A stretch of 55,820 nucleotides of DNA from Candidatus Thorarchaeota archaeon (GCA_038893995.1 JAWAQK010000010.1:1-55820); one strand, 5' to 3'. Shown: positions 9,003-20,556, counted from the first letter of the stretch. Made by a program: numbers and translations. Notes: generated from the sequence alone by a model not told the origin.

Positions 9003-9536
9003 ATGAGTGATGAAGACCGCAGGGTGAGGACAGAGCCTCCCACAGAGGAGCACGAGAAGACGGGATTCTTCCGACCACTTCCAGATTCTCGGCCCAGTGG
9101 GAAGGTCGAGAGGGGCGTACCCATGGTGAAGTTCCTTGGCATGACCATGGCGGAGCAGACAAGAGACAGGGTGATCCTACTGATGATCCCGCTGCTCGTT
9201 GCGCTGATTGACGCGTCCATCTACGTGTCAATAACCGTCCAGACACTGGAGGAGGGGCTCCTCTATACGTTTGCCATACCGGCTCTCGCCGCCATAACCA
9301 TCGGTCTACTCAGTAGGGACTCGGGATATGCTCTCGTTGGCGCGTTTCTATGTGCCGTATTCTTCTTCATCATCATGGTCATCTCGATGACTTGGCCCGG
9401 ACTCGTTATCCCGGGCGAAACTCCCCTCGGATACATGCTGACTAGCGTCGCAGTGTCTGGGGCGTACCTCATACTTGTCATATTCGCCTCAGTGGTGGGC
9501 ACCTCCCTGGGACTGATCCTGAGAGAGTTCCTATGA
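9003..9536 (+). CDS. hypothetical membrane protein (~4 TM)
   Basis: Charged N-terminus followed by four hydrophobic segments. Confidence 0.7.
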   Translation: MSDEDRRVRTEPPTEEHEKTGFFRPLPDSRPSGKVERGVPMVKFLGMTMAEQTRDRVILLMIPLLVALIDASIYVSITVQTLEEGLLYTFAIPALAAITIGLLSRDSGYALVGAFLCAVFFFIIMVISMTWPGLVIPGETPLGYMLTSVAVSGAYLILVIFASVVGTSLGLILREFL

Positions 9537-9849
9537 GGAACGTAGCACATCGAATGAAGTATGCTGATCCGAGAGGTGCTTGCAGAGGGGAACGGGTTAG
9601 GCTCACGGCCTCATGGGACTGACAGACGACACCCAGATCTGGACTGTCGGAGAGCCACTGAAACGCAGCAGGACGACCCCGTACCTGAGATCTCCTGACA
9701 ACTAGCAGGACAATGACATATAGCAAGAGCAAGTAAATATCAGGCCCACCTGGTACTCTGAAGTGCACGGGCCAGACAGTCCCGCACACCACAAGATATT
9801 GCTGTCATAGTAGATACGCATATATCGGGATGACGGGGCAGCTCATCCC

Positions 9850-10458
9850 GTGAAGCGCATTGGGGTCCTGATAAGCGGCCGTGGTACCAATCTTCAGGCA
9901 CTCATCGACGCCGAGCGTAGAGGGGACCTCCCAGGCAAGATCGTGGTGGTGATCAGCAACAAGTCCAAGGCTCTCGGACTGGAGAGAGCAGAAAGAGCAG
10001 GAATCAAGACCGAGGTGGTCACCAAGATCGACTATCCAGAGAGAGTGGACCACGATAGGCGTGTTGCTGAGATTCTAGAGGAGAACGGCGTGGACCTGGT
10101 TGTGCTGGCTGGCTACATGAGGATCATCACAAATGAACTGATCGACCGTTTTCCCAACCGGATCATAAACATACATCCATCGTTGTTACCAGCATTCAAG
10201 GGTGTTGATGCACAGGCACAGGCACTTGAGTATGGGGTCCGAATCTCAGGTTGTACCACTCACTTCGTGACAGAGGATCCGGACGGAGGGCCGATAATCC
10301 TTCAGGCAGCGGTTGAGGTACTCCAGGACGACACCGTAGAGACGCTCTCAGACCGGATTCTGAAGGAGGAACACAGGATTCTGGTCGAGTCTGTGAGGCT
10401 CTTCTGTGAGGACCGTCTCACTGTCGAGGGACGAAGAGTACGAATAAGGAGCGATTGA
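9850..10458 (+). CDS. purN: phosphoribosylglycinamide formyltransferase (folate-dependent)
   Basis: ISGRGTNLQAL, LAGYMRI, NIHPSLLP, GCTTHFV, DGGPIILQ. Confidence 0.96.
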   Translation: MKRIGVLISGRGTNLQALIDAERRGDLPGKIVVVISNKSKALGLERAERAGIKTEVVTKIDYPERVDHDRRVAEILEENGVDLVVLAGYMRIITNELIDRFPNRIINIHPSLLPAFKGVDAQAQALEYGVRISGCTTHFVTEDPDGGPIILQAAVEVLQDDTVETLSDRILKEEHRILVESVRLFCEDRLTVEGRRVRIRSD

Positions 10459-10461
10459 CAA

Positions 10462-11868
10462 ATGTGCGGAGTCTTGGGCATCATTGGTGAGCATGGTCTG
10501 GAGGAGGCGAGGTCTCTGCTGCTCCTCCTGCATCATCGCGGCCAGGATGGGTGCGGGATGGTGTGGTTCCATGGAGACCATGTCTACAGTTCCAAGGCGC
10601 TGGGGAGTCCTGAGCGGCTCTCCATCCCCAAGAACACCGCGGGCATGATCCTTGGCAGTACGAGATATCCGACATCGGGACGCAGACTCTCATCAGAGTC
10701 AGAGCTGGACCTCATGGTGGGTCCGTTCGTCGCTGACTCTCTTGCACTGACTCACAATGGAAACATCACCAACATACGTGCCCTCACAAAGACACAGTAC
10801 GACTGCGATAGCAAGTTCATCCTCGATAGACTCCACGCCAATCTGCAGAAGGCCGAGGGCGATCTGGTGAGGGCGTTCAGGCTGCTCGAAAACGAGGTCG
10901 ATGGAGCCTTCAGTCTCGTTGGAGTGTACCGCGACCAACTGTTTGCATATAGGGACTCACGGGGCTTCAAGCCACTAGTGTTTGGCCATTCAGACAACAA
11001 GGGCGTGGTCGCATCGGAGAGCACAGTACTCGATATGGCTGGGATCGAGCTCGAACGAGATGTCTACCCGGGCGAACTCCTGATCTTCAACAGAGACGGA
11101 CACACTGAGTCGTACTCAATCATGCAGGGCCGGCATCACTCGCATTGCTTCTTCGAGTACGTGTACTTCGCCCATCCTGCCGCCAGGATTGAGAATCAGC
11201 TCGTCTACGACGTACGCTTCAGACTGGGCAGGGCACTGGCTCAGCTCTTCAGGAAGAGAGGACTTGAACCGCCAGACTACGTCGTGCCAGTACCTGATAC
11301 TAGTCGTCCTGCGGCTCAGGCGCTTGCTGAGGAGCTTCAGGTGCCCATGAGAGAGGTCATCCTCAAGAATCGATACCTTGGGAGGACCTTCATTGCACAG
11401 ACTCAGGAGGAGCGAGACCGGATGGCCCGGAACAAGTATCTCTACCTCGAAGACAAGGTGCGCGGCCGGAACCTACTGATTGTCGATGACAGCATTGTCC
11501 GTGGTACCACTGCAAAGATGATGGTCGCTGACCTTCGAAGACTCGGAGCGCGAAGGGTCTATTTCGCAGTGACGAGCCCCCCACAGATCCATCCGTGCTA
11601 CTATGGGATTGACATCTCAACATCGAGAGAGCTGATCGCCTCACACATGAACGAGGATGAGATATGCCGGTTCATCGGTGCGGATGCGCTGATCTACCAG
11701 GACCTGAACAGCCTGGTGAATGCAATAGGCATGAAGGACAACTGTCTGGCGTGCCTGAATGGGCAGTACCCTACAGAGTACGCGAGGGCAATCTGGAACG
11801 CAGTGACAAGATGCGACCAACTGAACTCTGCTCAGGCAGGCAGAGACTACGAGAGGGTCATCGGATGA
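10462..11868 (+). CDS. purF: amidophosphoribosyltransferase
   Basis: N-terminal MCG nucleophile, HRGQD, HNGN, CFFEYVYF, PRPP motif IVDDSIVRGTT, PCYYGID, CLAC. Confidence 0.95.
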   Translation: MCGVLGIIGEHGLEEARSLLLLLHHRGQDGCGMVWFHGDHVYSSKALGSPERLSIPKNTAGMILGSTRYPTSGRRLSSESELDLMVGPFVADSLALTHNGNITNIRALTKTQYDCDSKFILDRLHANLQKAEGDLVRAFRLLENEVDGAFSLVGVYRDQLFAYRDSRGFKPLVFGHSDNKGVVASESTVLDMAGIELERDVYPGELLIFNRDGHTESYSIMQGRHHSHCFFEYVYFAHPAARIENQLVYDVRFRLGRALAQLFRKRGLEPPDYVVPVPDTSRPAAQALAEELQVPMREVILKNRYLGRTFIAQTQEERDRMARNKYLYLEDKVRGRNLLIVDDSIVRGTTAKMMVADLRRLGARRVYFAVTSPPQIHPCYYGIDISTSRELIASHMNEDEICRFIGADALIYQDLNSLVNAIGMKDNCLACLNGQYPTEYARAIWNAVTRCDQLNSAQAGRDYERVIG

Positions 11869-12818
11869 GAGTCGCAACGATAGCGAGTCACAGTGCTCTG
11901 AACATAGTATCCGGTGCGAGAGCAGAGGGCCTGCAGACAGTACTGTTCTGTACCCCCGACCGTGTGGCGTTCTACAGGTCATTTGGGCTTGGGGACTCAA
12001 TCGTAGAGGTCAATGCGTTCGCGGACATTCTACGCATGGACTTGCCTGACACAGTAGTCGTCCCGCATGGATCTTTCGTAGCCTACATCGGTGCGAAGGA
12101 GATGATAGAGTCTGGGCTCAGGGTGTTCGGGAGCAGAGAGCTGATGAGATGGGAGGAGGACCGGCAGCTGAAAGACAGACTCCTGAGAGAGTCGTCGCTC
12201 CGGGTCCCCCGTGAGTTCAAGACCATCGATGAGGCCGATCGTCCGGTGATAGTGAAGAAATACGGTGCTGCAGGCGGTGCTGGATACTTTATCGCTCGAA
12301 ACCCGGATGAGTTCCATAGGAGGCTGGATCCTAGGACGAAGTACTCCATCCAGGAGTACATCGTTGGGACAAAGGTGTTTGTGACCTACTTCAACTCACT
12401 GTCCCGGGACCGCCTAGAGGTGTTTGGTGCGGACATCAGGTACGAGACTGACGCGGACGCCAACCTGAGATTCGATGACGAACCAACTTTTGTGGTCATC
12501 GGGAACCTACCAGTAGTCCTGAGGGAATCGACACTCGCCGAGTACTACGATATGGGTGTCAAGTTCGTCAGGGCGTTCGAAAGAATGACAGGCGAGAGGA
12601 TCGTTGGTCCATTCTGCCTGGAGACCATCATTGACCGAGACCAGAAGATCTACACGTTCGAGTTCAGCGGCAGGATCGTCGCCGGTACGAATGTCTGGAT
12701 ACCGTCGTCACCATACTCCTACGTGATGTTCAACGAACCAATGTGGATGGGACGACGAATTGCCCGCGAGATAAGGGAGCTCCACGAGGCGGGCCGACTG
12801 GACGATGCGCTCGCATAG
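11865..12818 (+). CDS. purP: FAICAR synthetase (PurP family, ATP-grasp), paralog 1
   Basis: True start is ATG 11865, overlapping the purF stop (ATGA). Motifs ATIASHSAL, VPHGSF, GNLPVVLRES, GPFCLE, FEFSGRIVAGTN, MGRRIAREI. Confidence 0.88.
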   Translation: MRVATIASHSALNIVSGARAEGLQTVLFCTPDRVAFYRSFGLGDSIVEVNAFADILRMDLPDTVVVPHGSFVAYIGAKEMIESGLRVFGSRELMRWEEDRQLKDRLLRESSLRVPREFKTIDEADRPVIVKKYGAAGGAGYFIARNPDEFHRRLDPRTKYSIQEYIVGTKVFVTYFNSLSRDRLEVFGADIRYETDADANLRFDDEPTFVVIGNLPVVLRESTLAEYYDMGVKFVRAFERMTGERIVGPFCLETIIDRDQKIYTFEFSGRIVAGTNVWIPSSPYSYVMFNEPMWMGRRIAREIRELHEAGRLDDALA

Positions 12819-12893
12819 GAATGTAGCAAGACTTAAGGAGTACAGTCCAGTGAAGTCCAGTCGCGGGGCCCCCACAGGCCCGGAGGCCATGAT

Positions 12894-13967
12894 GTGAAGC
12901 TGCCGTTCATAGGAATGATAGGGTCACACAGCGCGGAGGAGATTGGTGTAGCTGCCAAGTCAAACGGCCTGAAGACAGTCATAGTATGCGAACGTGGAAG
13001 GGACCGGCTGTACACCCACTACAATCGATTCCTGTACGACGAGGTCATTCTCGTTGACAAGTTTCGAGACATACTGGATGACAACGTGCAGAGTCGACTT
13101 GAGGACCTCAGGACCATATGGATCCCGAACCGTTCGTTCTCCGTGTATGTTGGTTACGACCAGATAGAGAGGGAGTTCCGAGTCCCCATCTATGGCAATA
13201 GACGAATCCTCCGGGTCGAGGAACGCGGCGGGCAGCACGACCAGTATTGGTTGCTGAGACAGTGCGGAATACGGATACCCCGGTCCTACAGACCCGATGA
13301 GATAGACCGACTCGTGATCGTAAAGGTCCAGCAGAAACGTCGTCCGCTGGAGAGGGCATTCTTCTATGCCACAAGCCCAGACGACTATGAGACTCAGTCA
13401 CGTAAGCTGATAGCAGATGGTGTCATAGATGAGGCGGACCTCGAGCGGGCCACCATTGAGGAGTTCGTGGTAGCGCCGCGTTTCAATGCAAACTTCCAAT
13501 CATACGCAATGAGTGATATCTACGGCGAACTAGACCTGGTTGGCTTTGACGACCGCATACAGACGAATCTCAGCGGCCTGCTCAATCTTCCTGCTGCTGA
13601 ACAGGCCCGACTGCGCATAACCATCCTGAACGAGGAGGTCGGCCACAGAGGTGTGACCATGAGGGAGAGCAAGAAGCCGCTAGTCTACGAGGCAGCTGAA
13701 CGATTTCTCGCAGGCGTCAGGGAACATTTTCCTCCGAGGATGATTGGCCTGTTCTCGCTTCAGGGTGCAATCACTGAAGAGTCCGAGTTCGTGGTCTTCG
13801 ACCTCAGCCCGAGAGTCCCAGGGGCGCCGTGTGTTGGACCCACGTCACCAGAGATGCACAGACTGTCACTGAAGTTCCGCCGCGAGATACGGACCCCGCT
13901 CGATCTCTGCATGATCGACATTATCACTGCAGCGAGACAACGGATGCTTGATACGGCCACCACATGA
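12894..13967 (+). CDS. purP: PurP-family ATP-grasp protein, paralog 2
   Basis: GSHSA, IPNRSFSVYVGYD, LERAFF, RIQTNL, EVGH, TMRES, FDLSPRVPG. Confidence 0.8.
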   Translation: MKLPFIGMIGSHSAEEIGVAAKSNGLKTVIVCERGRDRLYTHYNRFLYDEVILVDKFRDILDDNVQSRLEDLRTIWIPNRSFSVYVGYDQIEREFRVPIYGNRRILRVEERGGQHDQYWLLRQCGIRIPRSYRPDEIDRLVIVKVQQKRRPLERAFFYATSPDDYETQSRKLIADGVIDEADLERATIEEFVVAPRFNANFQSYAMSDIYGELDLVGFDDRIQTNLSGLLNLPAAEQARLRITILNEEVGHRGVTMRESKKPLVYEAAERFLAGVREHFPPRMIGLFSLQGAITEESEFVVFDLSPRVPGAPCVGPTSPEMHRLSLKFRREIRTPLDLCMIDIITAARQRMLDTATT

Positions 13968-14023
13968 TTCATTAGACTGTTCCAAGTGACCACCCCTGAG
14001 TCAGGCGACTTGGAGTAGGCCGG

Positions 14024-14998
14024 ATGAGTGTCATTCATCAGGGAAAGGTGAAAGTGGTCCTCTCAGACCCAGGATCGCAGGACCGGGTCATAATCAGATT
14101 CACTGATACGGTCACGGCAGGAGACGGAGCCAAGAGAGAGGTCATGCCCGGGAAAGGGGCGTTGGCATGCGACACGACTGTGTTCATCTTCCAGTATCTG
14201 GCGGCGAAGGGCATCGACACCCACCTGATCTCGAGATATGACGAGGTCAGCATGCTATGCCACAGGGTCACAATATACCCGGTCGAGGTGGTCTGTAGGA
14301 ATATCGCAGCGGGTTCGTTCTGCAGGAGGTACGGTATTGAGCGCGGAAGACGCCTCAGCGAGCCTCTTGTCGAGTTCTTCCTGAAACGCGATGATCTTCA
14401 CGACCCGTTGATAGCTCCCGATGCAATTGTCAGCCTCGGGCTCGCAACAGAAGAAGAACTGGGTTTCATGAGGAGTGTGACGCTGAGCGTCAACCACTAT
14501 CTCTCAGAGCTGTTCAGCCTTGCCGGACTGGTGCTCGTGGACTTCAAGCTTGAGTTTGGTAAGTCCTCTGATGGACGCATACTCCTCGCCGACGAGATAA
14601 CAGGAGACAGCATCAGGGTCTGGGACGAGTCATCATCTTCACTGGACAAGGATCTATTCAGGGAGGACAAGGGAGACCTGATGAGTGCGTACCGACAGCT
14701 CTTCGAGAGGATCAGACGCGTTGACTCATCACGTATAGAGCTCAGGAAGGAGAAGGTCTGTGTGCTGGTGATGTCTCATCCGGGAATAAAGAATCCTCCG
14801 GGCGAAGTGGCCATGCGTGCTCTCAAGAGACTGGGACTGTCTGAGATACGCGAGGTCAGGGCAGGGAAGATCTATGAACTATCCCTTGAAAGGCCAATCA
14901 ATAGTGAGATGCTCAACAGGATAAGGCAGCTGAATCTCAAGCTCCTGTCCAACCCGATCGTGGAGAGAACTCGTCTGAGGGTCGGTCAATGTCTATAG
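14024..14998 (+). CDS. purC: SAICAR synthetase fused to C-terminal PurS domain
   Basis: PurC motifs GKVK, PVEVVCRNIAAGS, LVDFKLEFG, LADEI, LDKDLFR. The last ~80 aa match PurS (PGIKNPPGE...LKRLG...VRAGKIYEL...KLLSNPIVE). Confidence 0.9.
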   Translation: MSVIHQGKVKVVLSDPGSQDRVIIRFTDTVTAGDGAKREVMPGKGALACDTTVFIFQYLAAKGIDTHLISRYDEVSMLCHRVTIYPVEVVCRNIAAGSFCRRYGIERGRRLSEPLVEFFLKRDDLHDPLIAPDAIVSLGLATEEELGFMRSVTLSVNHYLSELFSLAGLVLVDFKLEFGKSSDGRILLADEITGDSIRVWDESSSSLDKDLFREDKGDLMSAYRQLFERIRRVDSSRIELRKEKVCVLVMSHPGIKNPPGEVAMRALKRLGLSEIREVRAGKIYELSLERPINSEMLNRIRQLNLKLLSNPIVERTRLRVGQCL

Positions 14999-15681
14999 CG
15001 GTCTTGAGGTTTCCGGGCACCAACAATGAGAAGGACATGATGCGTGCACTGGCGTCTATCGATGGCGCTAGACCTTATCTCGTGCCCAGCTGGAAAGGGG
15101 GCGATGCACTGAGAGATGCCAGTGGTGTGGCCATCCCGGGAGGCTTCTCGTACGGCGACTACATCCGTGCCGGTGCCGTTGCTGCAGTCAGCGACATCAT
15201 GGAAACGATACGCGAGATGGCCAGAGAGGGCAGACCCGTCCTGGGCGTGTGCAATGGATTCCAGATTCTTGTCGAGTCTGGGATCCTGCCCGGCGCGTTG
15301 TGCCCGAACAGGTCTGCAAGGTTCGTCTGCAAGTGGGTGTATCTCCGGGTTTCAGAACGATCATCTCCGTTCACCGAGGGCCTCGAGGGCTCTGTCATAC
15401 ACCTGCCGATAGCGCACGCAGAAGGCAACTATTACTGTTCTCCGGAAGACCTCCAGACACTGCGCAGGAATAGTCTGATTGCATTCCGTTACTGTGACGA
15501 GAGGGGGAACGTGACCGAGGCGTCAAACCCAAACGGTTCGCTGGACAACATCGCGGGTATCATCAACGATAGGGGCAATGTGATGGGTCTCATGCCGCAT
15601 CCCGAACGAGCGAGCCGACCTGTGCTGGGCTCGACAGACGGACGAAAGATACTGGAGAACTTTGTGAGGCTTGCAAGATGA
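14989..15681 (+). CDS. purQ: FGAM synthase glutaminase subunit
   Basis: FPGTN, PGGFSYGDY, GVCNGFQIL, PIAHAEG, NPNGS, GLMPHPER. Confidence 0.96.
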   Translation: MSIAVLRFPGTNNEKDMMRALASIDGARPYLVPSWKGGDALRDASGVAIPGGFSYGDYIRAGAVAAVSDIMETIREMAREGRPVLGVCNGFQILVESGILPGALCPNRSARFVCKWVYLRVSERSSPFTEGLEGSVIHLPIAHAEGNYYCSPEDLQTLRRNSLIAFRYCDERGNVTEASNPNGSLDNIAGIINDRGNVMGLMPHPERASRPVLGSTDGRKILENFVRLAR

Positions 15682-17843
15682 TCACGCCAGAAGAGCTTGC
15701 CCATGTCAGAGAAGTCCTGAGGAGAGAACCAAATGAAACGGAGCTTGCCATGCTCGATGTGTTGTGGTCCGAGCACTGCAGCTACAAGAGCAGCAAACGG
15801 TGGTTTCACCTGCTGAATACCAGAGGCGAGCGAGTGTTTCTGGGTCCCGGGGAGGGTGCCGGCCTCGTGGACATCGGTGACGGGCTCCTGGTCGGAGTGC
15901 ACATGGAGAGCCACAACCATCCCAGTCAGGTCGACCCCTACAATGGTGCAGCAACGGGTGTCGGCGGCATAATCCGTGACGTCATATCGCAGGGATGTGA
16001 GGCAGTCGGATTGATGAACTGCCTGAGGTTCGGAATGCCCGACAGACCCAGGAACGCATACATACTCGAACACGTTGTCAAAGGGATATCAGACTATGGC
16101 AACTCGGTGGGTATCCCTGTCGTGGGCGGAGAGGTCGAGTTCGACAGCTCCTACGACGAGAACTGTCTCGTCAATGTCGTCTGCATAGGGAGGATCAGAC
16201 CCGAGTTCGTGGTCCGTAGCAGCGCCAGGACGAAGGGACACCAGATTGTGCTCTTTGGGTCAACCACCGGACGGGACGGGATGGCAGGGGCCAGCTTCGC
16301 ATCAGGTACGTTCTCCGATGAAGAGGAGGAGAACAGGGGAGCAGTACAGATCGGGGACCCGCTCAGTAAGAAGGTCGTCATAGATGTGCTGGAACAGATG
16401 ATCGAGGAACGCCTCCTCGACGGACTACAGGACTTCGGTGCAGGGGGTCTGACGGCCTGTGCTGCGGAGATGGCGTTCAGGGGTGGGACTGGAGTACGCG
16501 TCGATGTTGACAAGGTGCCTCTGCGAGAACAGGGAATGACTGCCACCGAGATCATGGTGTCTGAGAGTCAGGAGAGAATGCTTGCCGCTGTGGCTCCGGA
16601 GAAGCTCTCGCGTGTGGTCAAGATACTGGAAGAGAATGATACTCCCTACGGTGTCGTGGGAGAGGTGACGGATGATGGTCACTACACGGTCGTCCAGGGT
16701 GGAGTCGTCAAGGCCAGACTCCCGATAGACCTGCTGGTGAACGGATTTCCAATTCCGGAGAGACGGGTGGGAACAATTGAACGTCAACCCGACACTCTGG
16801 ACTGGTATCGGGAGCCATCTGACTACGCCGAGAGCATCCTGAGGATGCTGAGGTCAATCAACATCTGTGATAGGTCATGGATCTACAGCCAGTACGACCA
16901 GCATGTCCAGTCAAACACTGTGATGGACCTGGGGGAGAACGCCGGAGTGCTGGAGTTCGCGCCTGGAAAGATGCTCGCCTTCACGAGTGACTGCAACTCG
17001 TTCTGGTGTCTCCTCGATCCTCAGACTGGCACGGCCAACTCTGCTGCAGAGTCTCTCCGAAACCTGGTCGCTGTTGGTGCAGAGCCGCTGTTCATAGCCA
17101 ACTGCCTGAACTTTGGCAATCCCGAGCGACCCGACTCTTATGCCCAGTTTGTAGAGGCCGTAAAGGGACTTGGCCGATTCTCGCACGACTTTCAGATACC
17201 GGTCATAGGAGGAAACGTATCGTTCTACAACGAGTCAACAGTGAAGGGAGAGATACATCGGATCAACCCCACGCCTCAGATAATGATGGCAGGTCTACTC
17301 GGTGATAGGATGCCTGTCCGCAGGAGCCTCTGCGACGCCTCTGGGGAGATCGTGTTGGTCGGAGAGACCCGGCCAGAGCTGAATGGGTCTGAATACCAAC
17401 GACTCACGCTGGGCATGGTGAGGGGTCTACCGCCGGCATACATCCCGGAACAGGAACGCGCCGCAATGAACGGTATGCTCGAGGCGCACCGGAGAGGACT
17501 GGTGAGTTCCTGTAATGATGTCGGAAGAGGCGGACTAGGAGTTGCGTTGATGAAGATGGTACTGAAGAGTCGTCGAGGATTCAAGGTCGACCTCGAGTCG
17601 ATTGGAGCAGGGTCCATGTCCACCGGACAGGTCCTGTTCTCAGAGTCTGCGGGGAGGTATCTAGTCGAGGTGGCTTCGGAGCACCTGGACCAGTTCCGGG
17701 AGGTCATGGCGCGTGCCGGTGCGGTCTGTCACCGGATTGGCGAGTCCTGCGACGAGGAGACCGCCGACTTTACGGACTTTGTTGTCCCCCTGTCTGAAGC
17801 ACGATATGGATTCTTCAACGCCCTGAGGGAGTATCTGGAGTGA
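15678..17843 (+). CDS. purL: FGAM synthase synthetase subunit (small PurL)
   Basis: [59 protein letters not shown]. Confidence 0.96.
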   Translation: MITPEELAHVREVLRREPNETELAMLDVLWSEHCSYKSSKRWFHLLNTRGERVFLGPGEGAGLVDIGDGLLVGVHMESHNHPSQVDPYNGAATGVGGIIRDVISQGCEAVGLMNCLRFGMPDRPRNAYILEHVVKGISDYGNSVGIPVVGGEVEFDSSYDENCLVNVVCIGRIRPEFVVRSSARTKGHQIVLFGSTTGRDGMAGASFASGTFSDEEEENRGAVQIGDPLSKKVVIDVLEQMIEERLLDGLQDFGAGGLTACAAEMAFRGGTGVRVDVDKVPLREQGMTATEIMVSESQERMLAAVAPEKLSRVVKILEENDTPYGVVGEVTDDGHYTVVQGGVVKARLPIDLLVNGFPIPERRVGTIERQPDTLDWYREPSDYAESILRMLRSINICDRSWIYSQYDQHVQSNTVMDLGENAGVLEFAPGKMLAFTSDCNSFWCLLDPQTGTANSAAESLRNLVAVGAEPLFIANCLNFGNPERPDSYAQFVEAVKGLGRFSHDFQIPVIGGNVSFYNESTVKGEIHRINPTPQIMMAGLLGDRMPVRRSLCDASGEIVLVGETRPELNGSEYQRLTLGMVRGLPPAYIPEQERAAMNGMLEAHRRGLVSSCNDVGRGGLGVALMKMVLKSRRGFKVDLESIGAGSMSTGQVLFSESAGRYLVEVASEHLDQFREVMARAGAVCHRIGESCDEETADFTDFVVPLSEARYGFFNALREYLE

Positions 17844-17850
17844 GAGCGAG

Positions 17851-19287
17851 ATGGTAGACGTACTCATAATAGCGGGTAGCAAGAGTGACGAGGCTGTTGT
17901 AGAGAAGGCCGCTCAGGTCCTGAAAGAGCTCAAGATAGAGTACACGGTCGAATACGCATCTGCCCATCGCGAGCCCGACCGTGTCAGAAGCATTGTTGAG
18001 TCCTCTGATGCGAGGGTCATCATTGCCATAGCGGGGCTCTCTGCAGCTCTTCCAGGCTTCATTTCGTCGCTGACAACAAGGCCAGTCATAGGTGTACCAG
18101 TGTCTGCGGCGCTCGGTGGTCTGGATGCGCTCTTATCGATCGTCCAGATGCCAAAGGGAGTACCAGTAGCAACAGTCGGAATCGACAATGGGGCAAATGC
18201 CGCTCATCTTGCAGCCAGGATCCTGAATGTCACTCAGGCTGATCGGACAGTACCAAGGACCTATGCGGAAGCAGGCGTGGACACAGCCCGTGTGGCCCAG
18301 ACCCATCGACTGCTGGGCGAATACGTGAGACGCTCCTTCGAAGGCCATGGTGTGGTAGAAGACTTTGGCCACTATGCCAATGTCGTGAGAGTCTCCCCGG
18401 ACCTATCCGTGGCTCTCACAACTGACGGCGTGGGGTCCAAGGTGCTGCTGGCTCAGGACATGAATAGGTACGACACGATCGGTCAGGACTGTGTCGCGAT
18501 GAACGTCAACGACCTGATATGTGTTGGTGCAGACCCAATCGGTTTCGTCGACTACCTTGCCTGTGATCGTCCGTTGCCAGAGGCGGTGATACGACAGATT
18601 GCCGAGGGACTCCTGGAGGGCTGCAAGGCTGCAGACATACCCATCCTGGGTGGTGAGACGGCAATCCTGCCAGAGCTGATACACAGCAGGGGGTCGGGCA
18701 ACTTTGACCTCGCGGGTGCTGCGATGGGGATCGTTCATCCGGACAGAATCATTGATGGTTCCAGGATTGAGGATGGCGACGTGATACTGGGCGTGGCCTC
18801 TACGGGGCTCCACTCCAATGGCTATACACTGGCGCGTAAGGTCCTCGGAAGGCGGCACTCGTGGAGAGAACAGACGGACTGGGGTACCGTACTTGGGGAA
18901 GAACTCCTGATGCCGACACGTATCTACGTACCGCACTTCAGGGCGCTGAAGAGGGCCTCGGAGGTCGATGTGAGAGGAATCGCCCACATCACGGGCACCG
19001 CCTTCAAGAAACTGTTCAGGCTCAAGAAGACCTGTTTCAGGTTCAGCTCATTCCCCGACATAGCTCCCATCTTCAGGCTGATCCAGGAAGAGGGATGCAT
19101 CGAGGACAGGGAGATGTTTACCACGTTCAATATGGGCATAGGACTAGTCGTGGTAGTGTCTGAGAACAGCAAGAGAGACGCGATCAGGGTCCTCGGGGAG
19201 CTGGACAGGGTCTACGAACTCGGTCACATCCAGAAGTCTGATACCGCTTCCGTAGTGATAGAACCCTATGGGGTGACAATCACTTGA
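17851..19287 (+). CDS. purM: PurE-PurM fusion (AIR carboxylase/mutase plus AIR synthetase)
   Basis: N-terminal ~125 aa are PurE ([33 protein letters not shown]). PurM follows ([45 protein letters not shown]). Confidence 0.92.
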   Translation: MVDVLIIAGSKSDEAVVEKAAQVLKELKIEYTVEYASAHREPDRVRSIVESSDARVIIAIAGLSAALPGFISSLTTRPVIGVPVSAALGGLDALLSIVQMPKGVPVATVGIDNGANAAHLAARILNVTQADRTVPRTYAEAGVDTARVAQTHRLLGEYVRRSFEGHGVVEDFGHYANVVRVSPDLSVALTTDGVGSKVLLAQDMNRYDTIGQDCVAMNVNDLICVGADPIGFVDYLACDRPLPEAVIRQIAEGLLEGCKAADIPILGGETAILPELIHSRGSGNFDLAGAAMGIVHPDRIIDGSRIEDGDVILGVASTGLHSNGYTLARKVLGRRHSWREQTDWGTVLGEELLMPTRIYVPHFRALKRASEVDVRGIAHITGTAFKKLFRLKKTCFRFSSFPDIAPIFRLIQEEGCIEDREMFTTFNMGIGLVVVVSENSKRDAIRVLGELDRVYELGHIQKSDTASVVIEPYGVTIT

Positions 19288-20537
19288 CACGAGTCTTGCT
19301 GGTAGGTAATGGGGCAAGAGAACATGCGATTGCTGCTGCCCTGAGAAGGAGTGGAGTATTGGTCACATCCCATATGGACAGGTTGAACCCTGGCATAGCG
19401 AATCTGTCCGAGAAAGTCCTGCTGGGCCCAACTACAGCAGTCCATCCAGACCTAGATACCTCCACTGTCGACTATGCAGTGATAGGTCCCGAGGCCCCAC
19501 TCGCTGCTGGGCTTGTTGACGAACTCGAGAGCAGACATGTTCCCTGCGTGGGCCCGCGCAAGTCGGTTGCCCGCATCGAGTCCAGTAAGAGCTTTGCAAG
19601 GACACTGCTCACGAGGGTCGCACCAGACGCAAATCCGGTCTTCCATATAGCACACGACGAGTCAGAGATACGTCGAGCACTGAGAGATATTGGTGAGGAC
19701 CGCGTAGTCGTGAAACCTGACGGTCTGACGGGGGGAAAGGGAGTCAGGATTGCCGGAGAGCATCTTGCAGGCCTGGACGACGAGCTGAATTACGCGAGCG
19801 GTCTCGTCAAGAGAGATGGCCTGGTCGTCATCGAGGAGCGCGTGCACGGTACGGAGTTCACGGTGCAGGCCTTTGTTGACGGAGACAGACTCTGCACTAT
19901 GCCTCTCGTACGGGACTTCAAGAGAGCATACGACGGGGACCGAGGACCAAACACCGGCTCCATGGGTTCATACTCGATGGAGGATCATGTACTACCAGAC
20001 GTGAACCACAGTGATATTGCCGCAGCCACTGGGATCATGGAGAGAGCGATATCAGGAATACGGAACCAGACAGGCGAGAAGTACCGCGGGATCCTCTATG
20101 GCCAATTCATGAAGACGCGGTCTGGGGTACGACTGATCGAGTTCAACGCCCGGTTTGGAGACCCTGAGGCAATCAACGTACTATCCATAATGAGGAGTAG
20201 CATGGACGAGTTGTGTCGCAGTATCCTGGACGGTGACCTGAAGAAGGCAGAGTTCGAGAGGCTAGCGACCGTCTGTGTATACCTGGTGCCAGAGGGATAT
20301 CCGGAGGGCCCCATCGCATCTGACACCCCTGTGACGATCGAGACAAGTATCTCATCGGAGGTGTATTACGCCTCTGTCTACAGCCGAGACGGAGTGACTT
20401 TCACCACCTCCAGCAGGGCAATTGCACTACTTGGGAGGGGCAAAACAGTCAGGGACGCCAGAGAGATTGTATACCGAGACATCAACAGGGTGCAAGGGCG
20501 ACTCCGATATAGGACTGATATTGCGGCCGGTCTCTGA
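19284..20537 (+). CDS. purD: phosphoribosylamine-glycine ligase
   Basis: [49 protein letters not shown]. Confidence 0.95.
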   Translation: MTRVLLVGNGAREHAIAAALRRSGVLVTSHMDRLNPGIANLSEKVLLGPTTAVHPDLDTSTVDYAVIGPEAPLAAGLVDELESRHVPCVGPRKSVARIESSKSFARTLLTRVAPDANPVFHIAHDESEIRRALRDIGEDRVVVKPDGLTGGKGVRIAGEHLAGLDDELNYASGLVKRDGLVVIEERVHGTEFTVQAFVDGDRLCTMPLVRDFKRAYDGDRGPNTGSMGSYSMEDHVLPDVNHSDIAAATGIMERAISGIRNQTGEKYRGILYGQFMKTRSGVRLIEFNARFGDPEAINVLSIMRSSMDELCRSILDGDLKKAEFERLATVCVYLVPEGYPEGPIASDTPVTIETSISSEVYYASVYSRDGVTFTTSSRAIALLGRGKTVRDAREIVYRDINRVQGRLRYRTDIAAGL

Positions 20538-20547
20538 CATGGGCGAG

Positions 20548-20556
20548 ATATTTAAG
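20548..20556 (+). promoter_or_regulatory. putative TATA box for guaA
   Basis: ATATTTAAG about 30 bp before ATG 20587 suggests a separate, near-leaderless guaA transcript. Confidence 0.45.

Noticed and set aside
9540-9849. Possible purine/ZTP riboswitch or small ORF upstream of purN
   Set aside because: No recognisable aptamer consensus, a TATA-like element lies just before purN, and the short ORFs lack support.
11664-11864. N-terminal extensions of purP, guaA, hisB and hisD in the ORF track
   Set aside because: They overlap the upstream genes. Family motifs begin at downstream starts coupled to, or just after, the preceding stop codons.
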